Assembly (NCBI GenBank): GCA_035549935.1
Contig: DASZPT010000151.1
Coordinates: forward strand, 967-64,966
Direction: 5' to 3'
Source of the DNA: Gemmatimonadales bacterium
Lineage (GTDB): Bacteria; Gemmatimonadota; Gemmatimonadetes; Gemmatimonadales; GWC2-71-9
DNA length: 64,000 nucleotides
Below the pieces are notes generated by a model that was not told where the DNA came from, ran no database searches, and was given only the letters and a program-made list of their open reading frames with translations. Positions 37,177-46,037 of this stretch are shown here, one piece after another. Positions within the stretch are counted from its first letter, which is position 1; each line of letters starts with the position of its first letter. The position numbers and the translations under genes are program-made.

Positions 37177-38763
37177 TCAGGACCGCCGCTCCAGCGTTTC
37201 CAGCCGCTCGTAGACCACGCCGTCGCTCGCCCGGTACACCTGCCGGTAGTTGAGGTGCAGGTAGTCCCGCAGGAAGGCGTATCGTGAGATCGGGTACGCC
37301 GGCGGCTGGAAGATGCCGTCGGTGTCGATGATGTAGCGGGGCGGGTGGCGCCCGAAGTCCACCCGGAGGGAGTCCCACGCCCCGCCCACGATCCGGTTCG
37401 AGGTATTCACCGCCGGGTCCCAGACGCCGAAGATGTGTCCGGTCAGCGGGTAGGTCGCGATGTAGCGGCTGGCGGGGCGGCGGTCGGCATCGAGGTAGAA
37501 CCCGGTGAACCGGTCGCCCTGGCCCCAGACGAAGAGGCGGTCGTTCGCGCCCGAATGGGCCCGCACATACGACGCGGCGGCGCCCGGTGTATCGTGTTTC
37601 GCCACGCCGATGGCATTCACCACCAGGAACACGATCGCGACGAGAGCCAGCCACGGGGTGAGCGTCGCACGCCCGGGGAGCACGCCACCCCGCGGCGCCT
37701 CGGCCTCCCACCACTGCGCGAACACCGGGGCCGCGAGGAGCGCGAGCACCGGGACCAGCTGCAGGAAATAGTGATAGAGGAACTGCCCGCTGGCCGACAC
37801 GCCGATCGCCGAGCCCCCCAGCAGAAAGAGAAGCCCCCAGTATTCCGCCCGGCGGCCCACCCAGATGCCCCTGGCCCGCAACCGCGGATGGACCGACTCG
37901 AGCGCGCCGAGCCAGAGGGGCAACGCCGAGACGAGGAAGAAGCTCCCGCGGATGAGCGCCCCACGCCAGAAGGGCCAGGTGGTCGGGCCGAGGGGGACGC
38001 CATGGTCGAGGACGGTCCAGTAGATCGCCTCGTTGAGGATGCCCTCCGTCCAGAGCCAGGCGCCGGCAATCAGGAACGCGCCCGTGAAGCCGATCGTGAG
38101 CAGCGCGCCATGGAGCAGCGAGTGGCCGGGCGCGAGCTGCCGCTCCCGCCGATAGTCGGGGGTCAGGAGGTACGCGCCGAGGGCCGCAATCACGATGCCC
38201 GAGGGCTGCTTGAGGAGGAAGGCGAGGGTGACGAGGGCGCCAGCCGCCAGCAGTTCGGGTCGCCAGCGTGAGCGGCCGCGGTGAAAGGCGATCGCGACCG
38301 CGGCCATCGCCGGGAGGTTCATGAGGAGCTCGCCATTGAGGGCCAGGCTCCGGTAATCCGCCCACGCCGTGAAGAGCGCGTAGAGGAACGCGGCCCAGTA
38401 CCCCGCGGTCCGGCTGAACAGCCGGCGGGCGATCAGGTAGAGCACCGCCATCGTCGCCAGGGTCCACAGCACCGTGACGACATGAATCGCAAGCGGGTGT
38501 TCCCCGCCGAATCGAAGGATCTGTTCATACAGGACGAAGAGGAGCGGCGGCTTCCGTTCGACCGCGTCGAGGTAAGGCTTCCCGCCGTGCAACATCTCGC
38601 GTGCGACGACGGCGTAGACCTGTTCGTCATCCAGCGCCTTGGGGGACAGAAGGGCGGGCAACCGTGTCACTATGACGAAGACAAACAGTCCCACCACCGT
38701 GAGGAGGTCCCGCCGGTCCCGAGGCGGCTCGGCCGGGTCCCGGTCGGGCCAGTATATCCGCAT
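37177..38763 (-). CDS. ArnT/PMT-like glycosyltransferase family 39 membrane protein
   Basis: 528 aa polytopic protein. First-loop DDEQVY motif and GKPYLD..ERKPPL are typical of GT39/ArnT-like enzymes. Confidence 0.85.
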   Translation of the reverse strand: MRIYWPDRDPAEPPRDRRDLLTVVGLFVFVIVTRLPALLSPKALDDEQVYAVVAREMLHGGKPYLDAVERKPPLLFVLYEQILRFGGEHPLAIHVVTVLWTLATMAVLYLIARRLFSRTAGYWAAFLYALFTAWADYRSLALNGELLMNLPAMAAVAIAFHRGRSRWRPELLAAGALVTLAFLLKQPSGIVIAALGAYLLTPDYRRERQLAPGHSLLHGALLTIGFTGAFLIAGAWLWTEGILNEAIYWTVLDHGVPLGPTTWPFWRGALIRGSFFLVSALPLWLGALESVHPRLRARGIWVGRRAEYWGLLFLLGGSAIGVSASGQFLYHYFLQLVPVLALLAAPVFAQWWEAEAPRGGVLPGRATLTPWLALVAIVFLVVNAIGVAKHDTPGAAASYVRAHSGANDRLFVWGQGDRFTGFYLDADRRPASRYIATYPLTGHIFGVWDPAVNTSNRIVGGAWDSLRVDFGRHPPRYIIDTDGIFQPPAYPISRYAFLRDYLHLNYRQVYRASDGVVYERLETLERRS

Positions 38764-38838
38764 CCGATGCTCCCCTTCGGCTCACTTCTCGGCCACGACC
38801 GACGGTGTAAATTCCAGCCCGTGAATCACTTCACCGCG

Positions 38839-39912
38839 ATGGGCAGGGCCCTCGAACTGGCCTGGCAGGGGTGGGGCCGTGTGGCCCCCAACCCCCTCGT
38901 CGGTGCGGTGGTGTTGCAGGCCGACCGAGTGGTCGGCGAAGGTTTCCACGCCGAGTATGGCGAGCTCCATGCCGAAACCGCGGCACTGCGGCGCGCGGGC
39001 GAGGCGGCGCGCGGCGCGACGGTGGTGGTGACACTCGAACCCTGCAATCACGCCGGGAAGCAGCCTCCCTGTACCGAGGCGCTGATCGCGGCGGGGGTAG
39101 CCGAGGTGGTGGCAGCCCTCCCCGATCCGAATCCGGAAGCGGGGGGCGGGGCGGAGCGGCTTCGCGCGGCGGGGATCGGGGTGAGCCTCGGCCTCCGCGC
39201 CGCGGAGGCGCAGGCGCAGAACGCCGCCTTCCTCCATCGCTGGCGTGAGCCGGACCGGCCGTTCGTGGCCCTCAAGCTCGCGACCACGCTCGACGGGCGG
39301 ATCGCGGACCAGGCGGGCCGCTCCCGCTGGATCTCGGGCGACGAGGCGCGTGACTACGTCCACTGGCTGCGGGCGGGGTTCGACGCGATCGGGGTCGGGG
39401 CCCACACCGCCACCGTCGATGACGCCTCCCTCACGGTGCGCGGCGCGGTGGTGCCGAGGCGCCCGCCGGTTCGGGTACTCTTCAGCCGGGAGGGCGATGT
39501 CTCCCCGGCGCTGGGGATGGTCCGGAGCGCCCGGGAGCTCCCGACCATCCTCGTGACCGAATCGCACCGGCCCACGGCGCGGATTGCCGAGCTCGAGGAC
39601 GCGGGGGTCGAGGTGCTCTGGACGACGTCACTGGGCGAGGGGCTCCGGCTGCTGCGCCGGCGGGGCATCGAGTCGCTCCTGGTCGAGGGAGGCGGCCGGC
39701 TGGCGGGCGGACTGCTCCGGGAGGGGCTGGTGGACCGCTACTACTGGATCCAGTCGCCGGTCTGGCTCGGCGAGTCGGGGATTCCCGCGGTGGCGGGAGT
39801 CCCGGGGACGACGCTGGTGGAGGCGGAACGCTGGGAGGTCGTGGAGCGCAGAGCCCTGGGACAGGACACGCTACTCGTGGTCGATCGGGAACCATGTTCA
39901 CCGGCATCGTAA
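38839..39912 (+). CDS. ribD: bifunctional diaminohydroxyphosphoribosylaminopyrimidine deaminase / 5-amino-6-(5-phosphoribosylamino)uracil reductase
   Basis: HAETAAL and PCNHAGKQPPC deaminase motifs plus a reductase C-domain. Start is ATG 38839 or GTG 38821. Confidence 0.94.
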   Translation: MGRALELAWQGWGRVAPNPLVGAVVLQADRVVGEGFHAEYGELHAETAALRRAGEAARGATVVVTLEPCNHAGKQPPCTEALIAAGVAEVVAALPDPNPEAGGGAERLRAAGIGVSLGLRAAEAQAQNAAFLHRWREPDRPFVALKLATTLDGRIADQAGRSRWISGDEARDYVHWLRAGFDAIGVGAHTATVDDASLTVRGAVVPRRPPVRVLFSREGDVSPALGMVRSARELPTILVTESHRPTARIAELEDAGVEVLWTTSLGEGLRLLRRRGIESLLVEGGGRLAGGLLREGLVDRYYWIQSPVWLGESGIPAVAGVPGTTLVEAERWEVVERRALGQDTLLVVDREPCSPAS

Positions 39913-40496
39913 CCGCCGTCGGCACCGTCCGGGCGGCGCGACTGGGCCCCACGGGGCTCACCCTGCGGATCGGGGCGCCCTACAAGGGGCTCAGGCAGGG
40001 GGAGAGCATCGCCGTCGACGGCGCCTGCCTCACCGTGGAGCGGCGCGGCGCCGGCTGGTTCGAGGTCCACGTGATCCGGACCTCCCTCGAGCGCACCACC
40101 TTCGGCGAATATGCCCGCGGGACCCGGGTGAACCTCGAGCGGGCGCTCCGGATCGGCGACCGCCTCGGCGGCCACCTGGTCCAGGGGCATGTCGACGGGG
40201 TGGGTACGGTGCTCCGGACGGCGCGCCGCGGCGACGCCTGGCTGATCGACATCGGGGTGCCGGAGGAGGTCGCCCGGGTGACGATCCCGCTGGGGTCGAT
40301 CACCGTCGAGGGCGTGAGCCTGACGGTGAACGCGATCCCGGAACCGGGCGTCATCCAGGTCTCCCTCATCCCGTTTACTTTTCAGCACACGACGCTGGGC
40401 CAGCTCGAGCCGGGCGACTCGGTACATCTCGAGGGTGACACGATCGGGAAGTACGTGGAGGCGCTCCTGGAGGCGAGAGGGCCACGGCAGGGCTAG
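39894..40496 (+). CDS. ribE: riboflavin synthase
   Basis: MFTGIV N-terminus and duplicated lumazine-binding repeats. Confidence 0.95.
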   Translation: MFTGIVTAVGTVRAARLGPTGLTLRIGAPYKGLRQGESIAVDGACLTVERRGAGWFEVHVIRTSLERTTFGEYARGTRVNLERALRIGDRLGGHLVQGHVDGVGTVLRTARRGDAWLIDIGVPEEVARVTIPLGSITVEGVSLTVNAIPEPGVIQVSLIPFTFQHTTLGQLEPGDSVHLEGDTIGKYVEALLEARGPRQG

Positions 40497-40570
40497 TTCC
40501 GAGTTCCGGGTGCCGGGTTCCGAGTGGAGCCGGCGACGACCCGGAACTCGGAACTCGGAACTCGGAACTC
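40496..40570. repeat. CGGAACY heptamer hairpin B6
   Basis: Left arm GTTCCGAGTTCCGGGTGCCGGGTTCCGAG, 15-nt loop, right arm CCCGGAACTCGGAACTCGGAACTCGGAACTC. Occupies the whole ribE-ribBA gap. Confidence 0.9.
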
Positions 40571-40571
40571 T

Positions 40572-41783
40572 ATGCCACACGCATTCGGCACCATCACCCA
40601 GGCCATCGAAGATCTCCGCAACGGAAAGCCCATCATCGTTGCGGACGATGAGGACCGCGAGAACGAGGGCGACCTCATCTTCGCGGCGGAGTTGATCACC
40701 CCCGAGGCGGTCAACTTCATGATCACGCATGCCCGGGGCTGGGTCTGCCTGGCGCTCATGCCCGAGCGGTGCGAAGCGCTGGGGCTGCAGCAGATGGAGC
40801 AGCAGAACACCGAGGCGCAGCGGACCGCCTTCACGGTGACGATCGACGCGGCCCCCAGCTTCGGGGTGACGACCGGGATCTCGGCGTCCGACCGGGCCAA
40901 GACCATTCACGTGGCCATCAACCCGCGGACCGTGCCGGGCGATCTCCGCCGGCCGGGGCACATCCAGCCGGTGCGGGCCCGTCCGGGCGGGGTGCTGCAG
41001 CGGGTGGGGCACACCGAGGCGGCGGTGGACCTGGCCCGGCTCGCGGGCCTCTACCCGGCCGGCGTCATCTGCGAGATCCTCAACGAGGACGGCTCGCCGG
41101 CCCGCCGGCCGCAGCTCGAGGAGTTCGCGTCGCGCCACGGGCTCACCTTCGTCACCATCGCCCAGCTGGTGGCCCACCGGCTCTCGACCGAGCGGCTGGT
41201 GCACCGCGTGGCGGAGGCCCGGCTCCCCACCGAGTTCGGGGACTTCCGGATCCTGGCCTACGCCAACGACGTCGACGGGGCGCAGCACGTGGCCCTGGTG
41301 AAGGGCGAGGTCGACGGGTCGCCCAAGGTGCTGGTGCGGATGCATTCGAAGTGTCTCACCGGCGACGTCTTCGGGTCGCAGCGCTGCGACTGCGGGCCCC
41401 AGCTCCACGAGGCGATGCGGCTGATCGCGCAGGAGGGGAAGGGCGTGATCGTCTATCTCGACCAGGAGGGCCGCGGCATCGGCCTCCACAACAAGATCAG
41501 GGCCTACGCGCTCCAGGACGAGGGTGACGATACGGTGCAGGCCAACCAGCGGCTCGGCTTCGCGCCCGATCTCCGCAACTACGGCATCGGGGCCCAGATT
41601 CTCCGGGACCTCGGGCTCTCCTCCATCCGGGTCATGACCAACAATCCCCGCAAGCTGGTGGGTCTCGAAGGGTACGGCCTCGAGATCGTCGAACGGGTCC
41701 CGCTGCAGACCGATCCCAACGACGAGAACCGCGCCTACCTCGATGCCAAGCGCGACAAGCTCGGCCATCTCCTCGCCCACTGA
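40572..41783 (+). CDS. ribBA: bifunctional 3,4-dihydroxy-2-butanone-4-phosphate synthase / GTP cyclohydrolase II
   Basis: DDEDRENEGDLI (RibB) and CLTGDVFGSQRCDCG (RibA). ATG 40572 lies 1 nt after the heptamer repeat. Confidence 0.95.
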   Translation: MPHAFGTITQAIEDLRNGKPIIVADDEDRENEGDLIFAAELITPEAVNFMITHARGWVCLALMPERCEALGLQQMEQQNTEAQRTAFTVTIDAAPSFGVTTGISASDRAKTIHVAINPRTVPGDLRRPGHIQPVRARPGGVLQRVGHTEAAVDLARLAGLYPAGVICEILNEDGSPARRPQLEEFASRHGLTFVTIAQLVAHRLSTERLVHRVAEARLPTEFGDFRILAYANDVDGAQHVALVKGEVDGSPKVLVRMHSKCLTGDVFGSQRCDCGPQLHEAMRLIAQEGKGVIVYLDQEGRGIGLHNKIRAYALQDEGDDTVQANQRLGFAPDLRNYGIGAQILRDLGLSSIRVMTNNPRKLVGLEGYGLEIVERVPLQTDPNDENRAYLDAKRDKLGHLLAH

Positions 41784-41787
41784 CTCC

Positions 41788-42267
41788 ATGCCTGAATTCA
41801 AGGGCCAGCTTCGCCTCGCCGGGCGGGTGGCCATCCTCGTGAGCCAGTACAACGAGCGGGTCACCGGCCGGCTGCTCGAGGGGGCGCTGGCCTGCTGCCA
41901 CGACGCGGGGATTCCGGAGAGCCGGATCGACGTGGTCTGGCTGCCGGGCGCCTTCGAGCTTGGCGCCGCCGCATCCGCCGCCGCCGGTACCGGGCGCTAC
42001 GGCGCCATCGTCGGGCTGGGGGCGGTGGTCCGGGGCGAGACCGCCCATTTCGATTTCGTGGCGGGCGAGGCGGCCCGGGGCCTCTCCGAGGTCGCCGTCC
42101 GGCACGGGCTCCCGGTCGCCTTCGGCGTCCTCACCACCGAGACCATGGAACAGGCACTGGCACGGGCCGGCGGCGCCGCCGGCAACAAGGGATACGAGGC
42201 CACCGAGGCCGCGCTCCGGACCGCCGACGCACTGGCCCAGCTCAAGGCGGCGCATGCTCCGGCCTGA
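41788..42267 (+). CDS. ribH: 6,7-dimethyl-8-ribityllumazine synthase
   Basis: VAILVSQYNERVT and GAVVRGETAHFDFV motifs. Confidence 0.95.
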   Translation: MPEFKGQLRLAGRVAILVSQYNERVTGRLLEGALACCHDAGIPESRIDVVWLPGAFELGAAASAAAGTGRYGAIVGLGAVVRGETAHFDFVAGEAARGLSEVAVRHGLPVAFGVLTTETMEQALARAGGAAGNKGYEATEAALRTADALAQLKAAHAPA

Positions 42268-42664
42268 GACCAAGGCCCGGGCCCGGGCGCTCCAGATCCT
42301 GTACTCGATGGAAGTGGGGCACGGCTCGCTGGACGACGCGGTCACCCGTCTCGCCCGGCTCACCGGGCCCGATCCCAACGTCTACGACGGCGCCGAGGCG
42401 CTGGCCGGCGCGGTGCTCAGGGAGCGGGACGACCTCGACCGCCACGCCACCGAGGCCGCCGACAACTGGCGCCTCGAGCGCATCGCCCCCGTGGAGCGGA
42501 ACATTCTCCGCATCGGGGTGCACGAGCTGCTCAAGGGCGACGTGCCCCCCAAGGTGGCGATCGACGAAGCGGTCCAGCTGGCGCACTGGTTCGGGGGACG
42601 CAAGGCACCCGCGTTCGTCAACGGGGTGCTCGACCGGGTGGCGCACGCGATCGGCCGCCTGTGA
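42254..42664 (+). CDS. nusB: transcription antitermination factor NusB
   Basis: ARALQILYSME, ERIAPVERNILRIGVHEL and DEAVQLAHWFG motifs. Confidence 0.93.
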   Translation: MLRPETKARARALQILYSMEVGHGSLDDAVTRLARLTGPDPNVYDGAEALAGAVLRERDDLDRHATEAADNWRLERIAPVERNILRIGVHELLKGDVPPKVAIDEAVQLAHWFGGRKAPAFVNGVLDRVAHAIGRL

Positions 42665-43770
42665 ACATCCTGCTGGTGAACTGGCAGGACCGGATGAATC
42701 CGCAGGCGGGCGGCGCGGAAATCCACCTGCACGAGATCTTCGGGCGGCTGGCGGCGCGGGGACACCGCGTCCGGCTGGTCTGCTCCGGGTGGCCCGGCGC
42801 CCCGGCCCAGGCCACCGTGGACGGGATGGAGGTGCACCGGGCCGGCAACCGGAACAGCTTCACGCTGGTCGGGCGCGGGGCAGTGCGGCGGGCGCTCCGG
42901 GCGGAGCGGCCGGAGGTGGTGATCGAGGACGTCAACAAGGTGCCGCTCTTCCTCGCGGGGCTGACCGACCGGCCCTTCGGCGTGATCGTGCCGCACCTGT
43001 TCGGGAGTACCATCTTCCAGGAGGCGTCGCTGCCGTCGGCGCTCCTCGTGTGGATGATGGAGCGACCGCTCCCCTGGGCCTACCGCCGCGCCGGATGGCA
43101 CGCCATCAGCGAGAGTACCCGGGAGGACCTGGTTGAGCGGGGGGTGCCACGGGAGCGGATCACCGTGATCTACCCCGGGATCGACGCGACCGCCTTCACC
43201 CCCGACGCGACGGTGCCCCGGACGCAGTATCCTTCCTTTGTCTATGTGGGACGGTTGCGGCGGTACAAGGGCGTGGAGTTCGCCCTGCGGGCGCTGGCGA
43301 TCGCGCGGGAGCGGCGGCCCGATATCCGGCTCGCCATCGCGGGCCGGGGCGACGACCTGGAGCGGCTCCGGGCGCTGACCCGGGAGCTGGGGCAGGAGGA
43401 AGCGGTCCAGTTCCCGGGGTTCGTGACCGAGGCGGAGAAGATGCGCCTCTTCCGCGCCTCGTGGGCGAACATCTTTCCGTCGCCCAAGGAGGGGTGGGGG
43501 ATCACCAACGTCGAGGCGGCGGCCTGTGGGACGCCGTCGCTCGCGTCCAACAGTCCCGGTCTCCGGGACTCGGTGCGGGATGGGCAGACCGGCTTCCTGG
43601 TGCCGCATGGGGACGCCGCCGCGCTGGCCGGGAAAATGCTGGAGCTCGCCGGAGACCCCGGCCTGGTGGCGCGGCTGGGGGGCCAGGCACGAACCTTCGC
43701 CGAGAGTCTCTCGTGGGACCGCGCGGCGGACGAGACGGAGAAGTGGATCGCGGGTCTGCTGAAGCTCTGA
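42661..43770 (+). CDS. glycosyltransferase family 4 (GT-B)
   Basis: GGAEIHLHEI N-domain and EGWGITNVEAAACGTP (E-x7-E) C-domain. Confidence 0.88.
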   Translation: MNILLVNWQDRMNPQAGGAEIHLHEIFGRLAARGHRVRLVCSGWPGAPAQATVDGMEVHRAGNRNSFTLVGRGAVRRALRAERPEVVIEDVNKVPLFLAGLTDRPFGVIVPHLFGSTIFQEASLPSALLVWMMERPLPWAYRRAGWHAISESTREDLVERGVPRERITVIYPGIDATAFTPDATVPRTQYPSFVYVGRLRRYKGVEFALRALAIARERRPDIRLAIAGRGDDLERLRALTRELGQEEAVQFPGFVTEAEKMRLFRASWANIFPSPKEGWGITNVEAAACGTPSLASNSPGLRDSVRDGQTGFLVPHGDAAALAGKMLELAGDPGLVARLGGQARTFAESLSWDRAADETEKWIAGLLKL

Positions 43771-43777
43771 GGGTCCG

Positions 43778-43898
43778 GCGCGGAGGCGCGGAGGGCCACG
43801 GAGGTTCGTTGTTGCCGTAGTGACTTTCATGCTGGTGTTTGGACATCATGACCTCTGCGGCCCTCAGCGCCTGTGCGCCTCTGCGGTCGCAGTTCAGC
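43778..43898. repeat. CGCAGAG-type hairpin repeat, copy A5 with 47-nt AT-rich loop
   Basis: Left arm GGCGCGGAGGCGCGGAGGGCCACGGAGG, loop 43805-43851 (~45% GC by hand count), right arm CCTCTGCGGCCCTCAGCGCCTGTGCGCCTCTGCGGTCGCAGTTCAGC. Confidence 0.75.
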
Positions 43899-43923
43899 TC
43901 TTGAACGCCGAGGAGGCCCTGCA

Positions 43924-44235
43924 ATGCGGACCACCATCTCCGCCCGGCACTGTGAAATCTCCGACGAACTCCGCCAGCGCGCCGAGACCGTGCTCACCCG
44001 GCTGACCGGCCTGGTGAACCGCCCGGTCGACGGGACCATCGTGTTCGATGTCGCGAAGCAGCTGTCGACGGTCGAAATCCGGATCCACTCGAGCAGCGGC
44101 GAGCTGTTCGTCGCCACCGGGGAGGAGAAGGACCATCGCTCCGCGCTCGACCGGGCCGAGGAGAAGGTGAAGAAGCAGCTCGACAAGCACGGCGACACCC
44201 GGCGGAGCCGGGGAGCGAGGGACGCCGCCCTGTGA
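43924..44235 (+). CDS. hpf: ribosome hibernation promoting factor (short HPF/RaiA type)
   Basis: 103 aa S30AE family member (ISARHCEISDELRQRAE..., RSALDRAEEKVKKQL). GAGGAGG SD upstream. Confidence 0.9.
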   Translation: MRTTISARHCEISDELRQRAETVLTRLTGLVNRPVDGTIVFDVAKQLSTVEIRIHSSSGELFVATGEEKDHRSALDRAEEKVKKQLDKHGDTRRSRGARDAAL

Positions 44236-45197
44236 GCCTGACCCTCCGCGAGATCCTCACCCGCAAGGGCGACCCGCTCGAGCTGGAGTCGCTCACCGGC
44301 GAGGTCGGGCTCGACCGGCCGGTGCCGGATCCCGAGGTCGCCTCGCCCGGGCTGGCGCTGGCCGGCTACACCGGCCGCTTCATGCCCCGGCGGCTCCATG
44401 TGCTGGGCGAGACCGAGATCACGTATCTCAATGCGCTCGACGCCGCCGAGCGCCGGTCCCGGCTCGAGAAGTTCTTCGAGTTCGATCTCCCGGTGGTGTT
44501 CGTCACGAAGGGGCAGGAGGTCCCGGCGGAGCTGACGGAGCTCGCCCGCAAGCGCGGGATCCCGCTCCTCAGGAGCCGGCTCAAGACGGCCGAGTTCTAC
44601 CGCCGGCTCAAGCCGATCGTGGAGGAGAGTTTCGCGCCGCGGACCACGCTCCACGGCTCGCTCGCGGACGTCTACGGGGTGGGGCTGCTCTTCATCGGCC
44701 AGTCGGGGATCGGGAAGAGCGAGTGCGTCCTGGACCTGGTCGAGCGGGGGCATCGCCTGGTCGCCGACGACATCGTCCAGGTGGCGCGGCGGGGCCGCGA
44801 CATCCTCATCGGGTCGGGCCACGAGCTGGCGGCCCACCACATGGAAATCCGCGGCATCGGCCTGGTCGACATTCCCGCGATCTTCGGCGTGCGGTCGGTG
44901 CGGCAGCAGAAGCGGATCGAGGTCGTGGTCCAGCTCGAGGCCTGGGAGAACGCGAAGGACGCCGACCGCACCGGCCTGCAGCAGCTCGAGACCACCATCC
45001 TCGACGTCACCATCCCCCGCGTCGTGGTCCCCCTCAATCCCGGCAAGAACATCACCGTGATCTCCGAGGTCGTGGCGATGATGCACCTCCTGCGCTACGC
45101 CGGGGTGGACGTGGCGGCGGCCTTCAACCAGCGCCTGATCAGGAAGATGCGGGAGAAGCAGGGACTCCGCGAATACCTGGCGGAAGACTATGAGTGA
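44232..45197 (+). CDS. hprK: HPr kinase/phosphorylase
   Basis: HGSLADVYGVGLLFIGQSGIGKSE P-loop, HRLVADD and MEIRGIG motifs. Confidence 0.95.
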   Translation: MSLTLREILTRKGDPLELESLTGEVGLDRPVPDPEVASPGLALAGYTGRFMPRRLHVLGETEITYLNALDAAERRSRLEKFFEFDLPVVFVTKGQEVPAELTELARKRGIPLLRSRLKTAEFYRRLKPIVEESFAPRTTLHGSLADVYGVGLLFIGQSGIGKSECVLDLVERGHRLVADDIVQVARRGRDILIGSGHELAAHHMEIRGIGLVDIPAIFGVRSVRQQKRIEVVVQLEAWENAKDADRTGLQQLETTILDVTIPRVVVPLNPGKNITVISEVVAMMHLLRYAGVDVAAAFNQRLIRKMREKQGLREYLAEDYE

Positions 45198-45564
45198 GGA
45201 GCTGCGCGGGATCGTGGTGGCCCACGGCGCCCTGGCCCAGGCCCTGGTCGACGAGGCCGAGCGGATCAGCGGCCAGAGCGGGGTCTTCGTCGCCGTGAGC
45301 AACACCGGCGGGAGCCGGGAGGAGATCGAGGCCCGGATTCAGGCCGCGGTGGCGGGCCATCCCTCGGTGGTCTTCGTCGACATGCCCTGCGGCTCCTGCT
45401 TCTTCGCCGCGATGCACCTCGCCAGGGTGGCGCCGGACGTGAAGGTCGTGACCGGCGTCAACCTCCCGATGCTGCTCGATTTCGTCTACAACCACGCGCT
45501 GCCCCCGGACCAGGGGGCCGAACGCGCGGCGGTGAAGGGTCACGACGCGATCCGGAAGCCCTGA
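45190..45564 (+). CDS. PTS mannose-family EIIA component
   Basis: GIVVAHGALAQAL with the phosphorylatable His. 124 aa. Confidence 0.88.
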   Translation: MSEELRGIVVAHGALAQALVDEAERISGQSGVFVAVSNTGGSREEIEARIQAAVAGHPSVVFVDMPCGSCFFAAMHLARVAPDVKVVTGVNLPMLLDFVYNHALPPDQGAERAAVKGHDAIRKP

Positions 45565-46037
45565 TGCCGATCGTGCTCTACCGGGTGGACGACCGTCTGG
45601 TGCACGGGCAGGTGGTGATCGGCTGGGGGAAGCCGCTCAACCTCCGCTTCATCGTGCTGCTCGATGACACCGTCTACGCCAGCGAGTGGGAGCGGGACCT
45701 CTACCGCATGGGCACCCCACCGGAAATCGAGCTTCGCTTCGCCGACCTCGCGGAGGCGGGCCGGATGCACGCCGCCTGGCGGGCCGAGCCGGGAAACGGC
45801 CTGCTCCTCACCGCCGACATCGCGACCATGGCGGCGCTCTGCCAGAGCGCACCGCCGGTGCCGGCGGTGAACCTGGGCGGGATTCATCACAAGCCGGGGC
45901 GTACCGCGCGGCTGCCCTACGTCTACCTCTCGGATGACGAGTACCGCATCCTGCGGGAGCTGGAGGCGACCGGCGTCGCGGTGACCGCGCAGGACCTGCC
46001 GACCACGCCGCCGGTCGCGCTCGAGGCGCTGGCCTGA
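45564..46037 (+). CDS. PTS mannose/sorbose-family EIIB component
   Basis: RVDDRLVHGQVV active-site His motif. Confidence 0.9.
   Translation: MPIVLYRVDDRLVHGQVVIGWGKPLNLRFIVLLDDTVYASEWERDLYRMGTPPEIELRFADLAEAGRMHAAWRAEPGNGLLLTADIATMAALCQSAPPVPAVNLGGIHHKPGRTARLPYVYLSDDEYRILRELEATGVAVTAQDLPTTPPVALEALA

Noticed and set aside
38764-38838. Possible FMN riboswitch upstream of ribD (GACCGACGGTGTAAATTCCAGCCCGTG resembles RFN fragments).
   Set aside because: Only ~75 nt are available, and the conserved RFN blocks (GGGCAGGGTGAAATTCCC..., ...GTCCGGATG...) are missing. Extending upstream runs into GT39 coding sequence with no aptamer-like blocks. An Infernal scan is needed for certainty.
40496-40570. Heptamer arrays considered as a CRISPR array or as genuine peptide repeats (SEFRVPSSEFRVP / GTRNSELGTRN in many track ORFs, e.g. 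40435..40695 and 57218..57424).
   Set aside because: The unit is only 7 nt with no spacers, and no cas genes are present. The ORFs containing them are short, occur in all frames and on both strands, and are explained by the DNA repeat itself.
43771-43923. Sigma54 (-24/-12) promoter upstream of hpf, as in rpoN-hpf regions.
   Set aside because: No TGGCAC-N5-TTGC-like element is present.
43820-44005. 61-aa ORF starting in the AT-rich loop of repeat copy A5 and overlapping hpf out of frame.
   Set aside because: No SD. It overlaps a well-supported hpf gene, and its translation is partly repeat-derived (LCGPQRLCASAVAV).
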